Assembly (NCBI GenBank): GCA_965242925.1
Contig: CBDEUM010000014.1
Span: 224,001 to 288,000, forward strand
Reading direction: 5' to 3'
DNA length: 64,000 nt
From: Roseibacillus sp.
GTDB lineage: Bacteria; Verrucomicrobiota; Verrucomicrobiia; Verrucomicrobiales; Akkermansiaceae
In this document: piece after piece, positions 21,518 to 29,669 of the stretch
How positions within the stretch are numbered: position 1 is the first letter of the stretch
Layout of the letters: each line of letters opens with the position of its first letter
Translations under genes and position numbers: made by a program
The notes under the pieces: generated by a model
What the model was told of the DNA's origin: nothing
Database searches by the model: none
The model's input: only the letters and a program-made list of their open reading frames with translations

Positions 21518-22123
21518 CTAGGGAGCCGGGAGAGGTGACTTTCCCCACTCAGCCTTCCGGGACTTCCACTCCTCCAGCCCCGGCGTCATCCATTCTTCCG
21601 GATCCACGCCCAGCCCGTCCGCGATCCGATTGATGTAGTTGAAATAACCTATGACCTGTACCGCGATGGTAAGGGCCTCATCATCAAAACCCTCCTTCCG
21701 GAGGGAAATCAGGTCCGCCGCGCCCGCTTCACCCGGGGAGAGCGTGAGCTTCGCGGCGTAGTCGCAAAGCAACCGGTCGGCAGACGGAAGATCCATTTCG
21801 CGATAGTCGAAGACCAACTGCCGCGCCCCTGCCTCATCGCCCGATTCGCGGCCGAACTCGGCCGCGTGCGAGAGGGTTCAGTAGTAGCAGTCGTTGAGGT
21901 TGCTCACCACCGCTGCCAGCATCTCTCGACGGGCCGCCGAGAGCCCGTTGGGCGATTTCATCAGCTTGAGGTAGAACATCATGGAGCCCTCCAGGGCGGC
22001 AGGTTCCCGGCTCATCACCTTGATGATGTGGGCCACTCCGCCAGCCCGTGTCCGCGCGGATTCGTAAATTCTGGCGAGGGCACCTTCCGCCTCTTCTTCC
22101 GGAACCTGCTCAATATAGGCCAT
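21518..22123 (-). CDS. AhpD/carboxymuconolactone decarboxylase-like peroxidase-related protein, probable selenoprotein (CYYU)
   Basis: Track ORFs 21878..22210 and 21518..21817 are in the same frame, separated by one TGA (21878-21880). Read-through gives ...VVSNLNDCYY-U-TLSHAAEF...YAAKLTLSP...YFNYINRIADGLGV, a complete AhpD-like CxxC(U)xxxH protein. Confidence 0.88.
21832..21877 (-). promoter_or_regulatory. Bacterial SECIS-like hairpin
   Basis: After UGA: ACCCUCUCGCA-CGCGGCCG-AGUU-CGGCCGCG-AAUCGGGCGAUGAGG. Perfect 8-bp upper stem; GU-containing apical loop beginning 20 nt after UGA; possible lower stem CCUC-UCGC/GCGA-U-GAGG. Confidence 0.75.
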
Positions 22124-22456
22124 GAGGAATCCAACCGCGGATCGTGGCCCATGGCGATCCTGGAAGCAGTTCTCCACAAGCTGCCTTAGGGCACGTCCGC
22201 GGTCGGCCATGCATCCGGTTTTCGGGCAATCGATCCACTAACTTTGAATATTAATTCTCCTTGAATACTTGATCCGCAGGTTTTTGACGGCGCAGACCTG
22301 GCAATTGTCATTGCCCAGATGAAGATCTCCCGCAAACGACGCGCCCTGCTGGCAGATCCTCTCACCGACAATAGCATCTGTGAGCCCATCCTACCTTTGC
22401 TCCATCATTTCATAATGAGCATGACAGCTCCTGATCAAATGATCAGGGTGTCCCGG

Positions 22457-25400
22457 ATGGTGAGAAGAAGGCAGGGCAGATTCGCAACAGGCGGGGCATT
22501 CCTCCTCGCATTGCTGACGATGCTCCCCGGCCAGATCCAGGCCCAGGGCAAGGATCCTGCCCTTGATCTCTACTACCTCGCCTCCGGTGCCTACAACCGG
22601 AAGCTCTACCCTGCCGCCATCGGCGGATTCCAGGAGTTCCTGCAGAAGAACGCCAAGCACACCAAGGCGGACCAGGCCCGGCAGGGCCTGGCCCTCAGCT
22701 TCTACGCGCAGAAGCAATACGCCCAGGCCATTCCTCACCTCGGCGCCCTCCTGGCCAAGCCCAATCTTCCCAAGGAGATCAGTCGCGACCGCATCATCCT
22801 GATGCAGGGACAGTGTCTCCTGCGCAGCGGCCAGAAGGACCAGGCCCGCGCCCACTTCATCAAGGAGGAAGGCAAGTTGCAAAATCCCGCCTACAAGGCC
22901 TCCGCCCTCGCGGCCATCTGTGACATCTGCTTCGGCAAGCACGAATGGGATCAGGTCAACACCTGGACCGCCAGGCTGGTGCAGGCCAAGGGCACCCCCG
23001 ACCAGATGGCCCGTGGTCTCTATCAGCAGGGCTTCGCGAATTACCAGCTGAAGAAATACGAGAAGGCCGCCGGGATCCTCGAAAAGGTCACCCCCCTCAC
23101 CGCCAACGCCATCTGGAAGACACGGTCCTCCTACCTCCTCGGTGAGTGCTACACCATCGTCAAGAACCACGAGAAGGCCGAGCCCGCATTCGTGGCAGCC
23201 CTCCCGGGCCTGGAGGGCCCCGACAAGACCGAGTGCCACTACCGCCTGGGAGTGACCCGGTTCATCCTGGAGAAGTGGGCTCCGGCCGCGGAAGAGTTCG
23301 AGACCTTCCTGAAAGAGGAGCCCGGAACCCGGGACAAGGAACAGAAGAAGGAGAACCCCTACATCAAGGAATCGCAGCTCTACATCGGGAGATGCCTGCT
23401 GGAGCAGGGAGAGTTCAAAAAGGCCCAGAACCGGCTCTCGGGGTTGATCAACGTGGACAGCCCGTTGGGAGCCAAGGCCAACCTGTGGTTCGCCCGCGTT
23501 TTTTCGCGTCCGGAGAAGCCAAATTACGATCAGGCCGCCGCCTCCCTGGAGCCTGCGGTCAAGAAATACCAGAAATTCGCTCCCTTCAACGACGACCTGC
23601 GCTTCGATTATGCCAACGCCCTGATGAGCCGCAACAACCCCGACTGGAAGACCGCGGCCCAGGCGCTGGGACAGATCAACGGTGGGGTCTTCGGCCAGTT
23701 CGCGGAGGTTCTCGCCCAGCGGGCCACCTGCTACCACAAGCTCAAGGACTACAACACGAGCCTGAACCTGGCCAACGAGTACCTGGCCAAGTTCAAGGAC
23801 CATGAGATGGCTGGGGACACCCGTTTCCTGCGGGCCGAGAACATGTTCCTGCTCAACCAGCTCGATAACGCCATCAAGGCCTACCAGGAGTACCTGGCCG
23901 CAGACAAGGAGCACCCCCACACTCTTGCCGCAGCCTTCCGGGTGGCCCAGATCCACCACCACCAGGATCGCTGGGATCAATCCCTGGCCGCCGCCACACC
24001 ACTCCTGGCCAAGAAGCCGGAGGGTCCCCTCTTCGCCCAGCTCGCCTTCCTGGTGGGCAACTGCCACTTCCGCAAGGAGCAGTGGAAGGAATGCCTGGAA
24101 CCGCTGGAAGCCTTCGTGGCCACCCGGGTGCAGAAGAAAGGCAACAACCAGCAGGTCACTGCCGACCCCAATGTGGACACCGCGCTCATCCAGCTCGCGG
24201 TCGCCTACGACCGCACCGAGGATTCCATCAAGGCCCTTGAGCACCTCGAGACCCTCACCCGCTTCTACCCCAAGCCCACTCCGCACCTGCCCCTGGCTCT
24301 CGCCGAGCAGGGACGGCTTGCCTACCAGCAGGAGAACCTTTCCCTGGCAAGGCAGTCCCTCGAGCGCTTCCTCAACGAGGACAAACAGAACAAGGAACCC
24401 TTCAAGAGCGGGGCCCCGCCCCAACGGTTCCGGGTGAATTACTTCCTCGGCTGGATCAATGCCACCGAGAAAAAGCATGAGCCGGCTGCGCTGCACTTTG
24501 GTGCGGTTTCCAGGCACCACCAGCACGACCTGGCCCCGGATGCCGCCCTGCAGGAGGGCCTCGCCTACGTCTACCTCGAAAAGTTCGACCAGGCCGCGAC
24601 CCTGTTTCCGCAGATCCTCCAACGCTACCCGAAACACGAGAAGCTCCAGCGCGTCACCTACTACGCCGGACTCTCGCTCGCCCGACTGGAGAAGTGGGGA
24701 CCGGCCGCCGGCCACCTGCGCAAGGTGGCCGATACCTGGCCGGATTCCGAGTTCGCAGACCAGGCGCTCTACGAGTGGGCGTGGTGCGAACGCAAGCAGA
24801 AGCGGGAGACCGAGGCGGTCAAACTCTACGAACGCTTCCTGGCCAAATACAAGCAGAGCGCCCTCGTGATCAAGGTGCAGAGCGAGCTTGCCGGACTCAA
24901 CCTCAAGAGCGGCGCCCAGGACATGGTCATCGAGCGCCTCACCAAGGCGCTTGGGGAGGTCAAGGACGACGCCCTCAAGGAAGACCTGCGCTACCAACTG
25001 GCCAGCGCCCATTTTAGCAAGGGCGAATACGAAAAATCCGCCGGCATGTTTGAGCAACTCCTCAACGACTACCCCAAGTCCAAGCTCAAGGCCTCCATGT
25101 GCTTCCAGGCCGGGGAATCACGCTACAAACTGAAGGAGACCGTGACCGCCCGCGGACACTTCGCCGAGGGCATGAAGGCGAGCGGTCTCCAACCCGCCAT
25201 CGCCGAGTCCATGATGATGCGCCTCGCTGAAATGCAGTCCGCCACCGCCGATCACACCGGTGCTCGCAAAACCTATCAGGACTTCATCGGACGTTTTCCG
25301 GAAAGCAAATGGAGGCGCAACGCCCAGTTCGGACTGGCCTGGTCCCTTGAGAATTCGGACAAGCCCAACGACGCCATCCACCACTATGCCCCTCTCCTCG

Positions 25401-25699
25401 ACCCGAAGACCCCCATTGACCTCTGGACTGTGAGGGCCCGCTTCCAGACCGGAGAGTGCTACTTCAACATGCAGAAGTACGAACAGGCCGTGAAGGAGTT
25501 CCTCAACGTCGAAATTCACTACAAGAAGCATCCCGGCTGGCAGGCCAAGGGGATCCTCGAAATCGGCCGGGTTCTCCTCGCCCAGAACAAACGCGAGGAC
25601 GCCAAGCAGCGCTTCAAGGATGTCATCATCCGCTACCCGAAGCAAAAGGCGGCCATCGTCGCGCGCCAGTACCTCGATCAACTCCGCACCAACGGATAA
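22457..25699 (+). CDS. Large secreted tetratricopeptide-repeat protein (CpoB/YbgF/BamD-like TPR type)
   Basis: Signal peptide (FLLALLTMLPGQIQAQ); many A..Y..G..Y.......A...F......YP TPR units. Start uncertain (22414-22457). Confidence 0.85.
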   Translation: MVRRRQGRFATGGAFLLALLTMLPGQIQAQGKDPALDLYYLASGAYNRKLYPAAIGGFQEFLQKNAKHTKADQARQGLALSFYAQKQYAQAIPHLGALLAKPNLPKEISRDRIILMQGQCLLRSGQKDQARAHFIKEEGKLQNPAYKASALAAICDICFGKHEWDQVNTWTARLVQAKGTPDQMARGLYQQGFANYQLKKYEKAAGILEKVTPLTANAIWKTRSSYLLGECYTIVKNHEKAEPAFVAALPGLEGPDKTECHYRLGVTRFILEKWAPAAEEFETFLKEEPGTRDKEQKKENPYIKESQLYIGRCLLEQGEFKKAQNRLSGLINVDSPLGAKANLWFARVFSRPEKPNYDQAAASLEPAVKKYQKFAPFNDDLRFDYANALMSRNNPDWKTAAQALGQINGGVFGQFAEVLAQRATCYHKLKDYNTSLNLANEYLAKFKDHEMAGDTRFLRAENMFLLNQLDNAIKAYQEYLAADKEHPHTLAAAFRVAQIHHHQDRWDQSLAAATPLLAKKPEGPLFAQLAFLVGNCHFRKEQWKECLEPLEAFVATRVQKKGNNQQVTADPNVDTALIQLAVAYDRTEDSIKALEHLETLTRFYPKPTPHLPLALAEQGRLAYQQENLSLARQSLERFLNEDKQNKEPFKSGAPPQRFRVNYFLGWINATEKKHEPAALHFGAVSRHHQHDLAPDAALQEGLAYVYLEKFDQAATLFPQILQRYPKHEKLQRVTYYAGLSLARLEKWGPAAGHLRKVADTWPDSEFADQALYEWAWCERKQKRETEAVKLYERFLAKYKQSALVIKVQSELAGLNLKSGAQDMVIERLTKALGEVKDDALKEDLRYQLASAHFSKGEYEKSAGMFEQLLNDYPKSKLKASMCFQAGESRYKLKETVTARGHFAEGMKASGLQPAIAESMMMRLAEMQSATADHTGARKTYQDFIGRFPESKWRRNAQFGLAWSLENSDKPNDAIHHYAPLLDPKTPIDLWTVRARFQTGECYFNMQKYEQAVKEFLNVEIHYKKHPGWQAKGILEIGRVLLAQNKREDAKQRFKDVIIRYPKQKAAIVARQYLDQLRTNG

Positions 25700-25744
25700 C
25701 AGAATCTCTCCGGCACTCCACCACTCCGACCCTGCCCTTTCCCC

Positions 25745-26485
25745 ATGACGAACTACACAACAACCCAACCCTGGAAAGCCGTCCTCGGCATGACCTCCCT
25801 CTTCCTCCTCGCTTTCACCACCACCCTGCTGGCAGCGGATGCCGGAGCCGATGCGGGCGTCGAGAAGGAAACAATGTTTTCCCTCATCAAGAAAGGGGGG
25901 CCGATCATGATCCCGCTGGGCCTCGCCTCCATCATCGCCCTCGCAATTGCCATCGAACGCTTCATCTCCCTGCGCCGGGACAGGATCCTACCGGACGGAT
26001 TCCTCAATGGGCTGGGCCAGGCCTGGGACTCCGATTCTTCCGGTCAGACCGCCGAGCAGTATTGCGAGCAGAACTCCGGCGCCGCCGGGCACGTCTTCAA
26101 GGCCGGCATCCAGTGGCGCGACTCGGGCTACCAGGCGGTGGCCAAGGCCATCGAAGACGCTGGCATCCGGGAGGCCGACAAGATGAAGCGCAGCCTGCGC
26201 GGGCTTTCAATCATCGCGGCAGTCTGCCCGTTGCTCGGACTTCTCGGCACGGTTTACGGGATGATCGATGCCTTCCAGCGGACCTCCTCCAGTGGGGGTG
26301 CGGCCAAGACCGCCGATCTCGCAACCGGGATTTACGAGGCCCTGGTGACCACCGCGGCCGGCCTCACCATCGCCATTCCCGCCATGCTGCTCTACCAGTT
26401 TCTCCAATCCAAGGTGGACGGCCTGATCGATCATATCGACGAGGTGGGCACCGAATTCATCGTCAAACATGCCCGCAGCCACTGA
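25745..26485 (+). CDS. exbB: MotA/TolQ/ExbB proton channel family protein
   Basis: CPLLGLLGTVYGMIDAF and LATGIYEALVTTAAGLTIAIPA signature helices. Confidence 0.93.
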   Translation: MTNYTTTQPWKAVLGMTSLFLLAFTTTLLAADAGADAGVEKETMFSLIKKGGPIMIPLGLASIIALAIAIERFISLRRDRILPDGFLNGLGQAWDSDSSGQTAEQYCEQNSGAAGHVFKAGIQWRDSGYQAVAKAIEDAGIREADKMKRSLRGLSIIAAVCPLLGLLGTVYGMIDAFQRTSSSGGAAKTADLATGIYEALVTTAAGLTIAIPAMLLYQFLQSKVDGLIDHIDEVGTEFIVKHARSH

Positions 26486-26531
26486 TGCCGGGTAGTCAAG
26501 GGCGACACACGGAAGCTTAACACCTGAACCC

Positions 26532-26948
26532 ATGAGAATTCGCAGCCGGGACAACGACCAGGGCGAGATAATCAACATCTCGAGCATGATCGACGTCATG
26601 TTCATCCTCATCATCTTCTTCCTGGTCACCACCACCTTCAAGGAGGAGGAAGTCGATCACCTCATCAAGTTGCCGGTCGAATCGCGTAACCAGTCGCTCA
26701 CCCAGACCGCGGGCAACCTGATCAAGGTCAATATCCGGGACAGCGGAGCCTACGTGGTGATGGGACAGCAGGTGACCGAAGAAGACCTCACCAAGTGGAT
26801 GAACGAGGAGGTCGAAAAGAAACCCGAACTCAAGGTCCTGATCCGTTGCGACAAGGAATCCAAGCACCTCTATCTCGCCAACGTGATGTCGATCTGCCGC
26901 CACGTGGGAGTTCCTGAGGCCAGCATCGCCGTCCGCACCGAGAAGTAG
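26532..26948 (+). CDS. exbD: ExbD/TolR family protein
   Basis: INISSMIDVMFILIIFFLVTT transmembrane helix with conserved Asp; periplasmic VLIRCDKES. Confidence 0.93.
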   Translation: MRIRSRDNDQGEIINISSMIDVMFILIIFFLVTTTFKEEEVDHLIKLPVESRNQSLTQTAGNLIKVNIRDSGAYVVMGQQVTEEDLTKWMNEEVEKKPELKVLIRCDKESKHLYLANVMSICRHVGVPEASIAVRTEK

Positions 26949-26960
26949 GCTGACAGAATT

Positions 26961-29648
26961 ATGAACCAGCCCATGCCCATCCCCATCGAGGACGATCGCG
27001 ACCCCGATCGCAGGATCCTCGGGGTGACACGCAGGCAGCGCTTCCGTGCCTATTTCTGGATCGGGGTTATCCTGATGGTGGGGTTCCTCATCTGGGCTCT
27101 TTTCTACCTCCGCCCCGACCGCTGGTACACCTACACCGACCAGGTCGCCTTCGAGCAGGTCGCCCGCGACGTGGAACCCGGTTACGTCCTCTGGGAAAAG
27201 GCCGAACCGGTCGGTAGCGGATTGGCCCCTGGCGACGACATCGCCACGCCGGTCGTCTCCTCCAACGGGGCCCGCATGATCTACAGTGCCGGGGAGAAGG
27301 ATGGAAACGCCAATCTCTTCCTGCGGGAGTGGGACGGCACCGACTGGAAGGAGCCGCGTCCCATGCGGGCGCTCAACAGCTCCTTCCACGAACTCGCTCC
27401 CTCCCTCAGTGGCAATGGGGAGCTCCTCTACTTTACCAGTGACCGCCCCGGAGGGCAGGGCGGCTTCGACATCTGGGTCTCGAAGTGGGACGGCTCCGAA
27501 TATGCATGGCCGCTCCCCCTCACACCCCGGGTTAACACGCCCTTCGACGAAATTGACCCGGACTTCGCTCCCGACAACCTCAAACTCTACTTTGCGTCCA
27601 ACCGCCCCCGCCGCGCGACTGACACCTCCGAGAAAGTGGCCGCCATCCTGGAGAACGTCGAGGACCGCAAGGGCAACTTTGACCTCTACTCTGCTGACAC
27701 AGCCGGCGGTATCCCCCCGACAGTAAAAGGTCTCCTGAAACTCCAGGCTGAACAGAAAGCGCTCGCTGATTCACTGCAGGGATCCGAAAGCCCCCCCGGG
27801 GAAGAAACCGCGACCCAGGCGCAGACAAGTGCCGCTCAGGCAGCCCAGTTTCTCAGGAAGGCCGCCCAGCGACTTGGGGACGACGAACTACCGGATCCAA
27901 TCGGGCAGTCTAAAGAGGCGCTGAGTGCAGCGATCCATGAGATGAAAAAGGTCGAAGAGGCCCTGAGTGAGGAGCCAGACATGGCCCGGGAGCAGCTCAT
28001 CATTCGGAAACAAGCCAACGTCATGAACACGGGCGCCCCGGTTGGCATCATCGTGGAGCGTCAGTTGAGCATGCTCTATTCCCTGCGTGAAAGCGCCCTC
28101 GCCGATACGGAGATCATGGCCAAGCTTGGCGGCACTCCCCAGACCGAGGCCGCGGTGGACAAGGGACTCGCCTACCTCGCTAGCACCCAGGAGGAAGATG
28201 GGCGTTGGAACATCGCCAAGTCCGGGGGACAGGGGAACCACGACCAGGCCGCCACCGCCTTCGCCCTCCTCGCCTTCTACGGCCGGGGAGAAGTGCACGA
28301 CGAGGAGTGCAAGTATCAGGACACCGTAAAACGGGGAATCGAGTGGCTGCACGGGCAAAGGAATGTGGCCACCGGAGACTTCCGTGGCACCAGGCCCCAG
28401 GGCAATGCCATGTATGACCACGGCATTGCCTCCCTCGCCGTGGTGGAGGCCTTTGGAGTCACCAAGGACACCACCCACCGTGCCGCGGCCCAGTCCGCAA
28501 TCGATTTCATTGTGGCAACCCAGCACGAAGAAGGCGGCTGGCGCTACACGCCCAATCAGAAGGGAGACCTCTCGGTCACCGGCTGGTACATCATGGCTCT
28601 CGCCAGCGCCAAGATGTCGGGCCTCGAGGTCCCGGACAAGACCATGGAAGGTGCCGCAAAGTTCCTCGCCAGCGTGAGTCACGGCAAGAACAAGGGAGCT
28701 TATGGCTACACCGGCCCGGGAGGGGGAACCCCGGCCATGAACGCGGCCGGCTTCTTCTGTTCCCAGTTGCTGGGTCATTCCTCCAATACATCCAAGGCCT
28801 ATGAATCCTCCGTCATCGTCGACCGCCAGGCCTTCCAGTTGAACGACATCTACTACGCCTACTACGGCACCGTGGCATCCTACCAGCACCAGGGCCCGGC
28901 CTGGCGCAAGTGGATGGGAGCAATGCAGCCGGCCTTCGTGAAGGCGCAGAACTCTGACGGCTCCTGGAACACGGGGGGAGGCCACGGCGGGGCCATGGGC
29001 AAGGTCATCGTGACCGCCCTGGTGACTCTCTGCCTGGAAGCCCACTACCGTTACACTCCCCTCTACGGCCTGGGCTGGGAACCCGACCCCGAGGGGCCCA
29101 CCGGAAACAGCAGGGATCTCGCCGACCTCGCCGAGACACCCCTCTTCCGCCACGCCAAGTTTCTCAAGGATTTCAGCTCCCCCGCCAACGACACCGGACC
29201 GGTCCTCACCGACCATGGGGACTTCCTCTATTTCGCCTCCGAGCGTGATGGGGGAGAGGGAGGGGCCGACATCTGGCGTTCGCGGATCAAACGCACCCGG
29301 GTCAACGAGCCCGTTCAACCGAAGAACCTCGGTCCCGAGATCAACGGGGAAGATGATGAGACCAACCCCGCGGTCCGCAATGCCGGCTTCCACCTCCTCT
29401 TCAACTCCGACCGCGAAAACAACAGGAATGCCCTCTACAGCGCCCGCAGCAAGCGTGTGGTGCGTCGCTTCGATCTCACCAAGATGCCCGACCTCAACTG
29501 GATCATGGGTAACATGCTCTGGATCCTTGGTCTCCTCGCCTCATTGATTGGTTTTGTCTGGCTCACCAGGCGGGCCCTGACCGCTGGCAAGGAAGCCCAA
29601 GCCTCATCCGCCCTGCCCGATGACGCCCCCCCCGATCCCGCTGCCTAA
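26961..29648 (+). CDS. Membrane-anchored PD40 (TolB-like) propeller + prenyltransferase/squalene-cyclase-like QW-repeat barrel protein
   Basis: N- and C-terminal TM helices; PD40 repeats (LYFTSDRPGGQGGFDIW, LYFASERDGGEGGADIW); QW motifs QEEDGRW, QHEEGGWRY, QNSDGSW. Confidence 0.8.
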   Translation: MNQPMPIPIEDDRDPDRRILGVTRRQRFRAYFWIGVILMVGFLIWALFYLRPDRWYTYTDQVAFEQVARDVEPGYVLWEKAEPVGSGLAPGDDIATPVVSSNGARMIYSAGEKDGNANLFLREWDGTDWKEPRPMRALNSSFHELAPSLSGNGELLYFTSDRPGGQGGFDIWVSKWDGSEYAWPLPLTPRVNTPFDEIDPDFAPDNLKLYFASNRPRRATDTSEKVAAILENVEDRKGNFDLYSADTAGGIPPTVKGLLKLQAEQKALADSLQGSESPPGEETATQAQTSAAQAAQFLRKAAQRLGDDELPDPIGQSKEALSAAIHEMKKVEEALSEEPDMAREQLIIRKQANVMNTGAPVGIIVERQLSMLYSLRESALADTEIMAKLGGTPQTEAAVDKGLAYLASTQEEDGRWNIAKSGGQGNHDQAATAFALLAFYGRGEVHDEECKYQDTVKRGIEWLHGQRNVATGDFRGTRPQGNAMYDHGIASLAVVEAFGVTKDTTHRAAAQSAIDFIVATQHEEGGWRYTPNQKGDLSVTGWYIMALASAKMSGLEVPDKTMEGAAKFLASVSHGKNKGAYGYTGPGGGTPAMNAAGFFCSQLLGHSSNTSKAYESSVIVDRQAFQLNDIYYAYYGTVASYQHQGPAWRKWMGAMQPAFVKAQNSDGSWNTGGGHGGAMGKVIVTALVTLCLEAHYRYTPLYGLGWEPDPEGPTGNSRDLADLAETPLFRHAKFLKDFSSPANDTGPVLTDHGDFLYFASERDGGEGGADIWRSRIKRTRVNEPVQPKNLGPEINGEDDETNPAVRNAGFHLLFNSDRENNRNALYSARSKRVVRRFDLTKMPDLNWIMGNMLWILGLLASLIGFVWLTRRALTAGKEAQASSALPDDAPPDPAA

Positions 29649-29669
29649 CCCAAGCGAAGGGAGAAGGCC

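Noticed and set aside
21518..22210. Two separate AhpD-like genes or a pseudogene, as in the ORF track
   Set aside because: The TGA sits at the catalytic Cys position, is in frame, and is followed by a SECIS-like hairpin.
22124..22456. Cobalamin or other riboswitch ahead of the ExbBD operon
   Set aside because: No B12-box or other riboswitch consensus recognised by eye; an Rfam scan would be decisive.
22391..25057. 888-aa antisense ORF (and similar long shadow ORFs, e.g. 27888..29393, 30357..31781, 44659..46056)
   Set aside because: Mirror frames of high-GC3 genes with no recognisable motifs.
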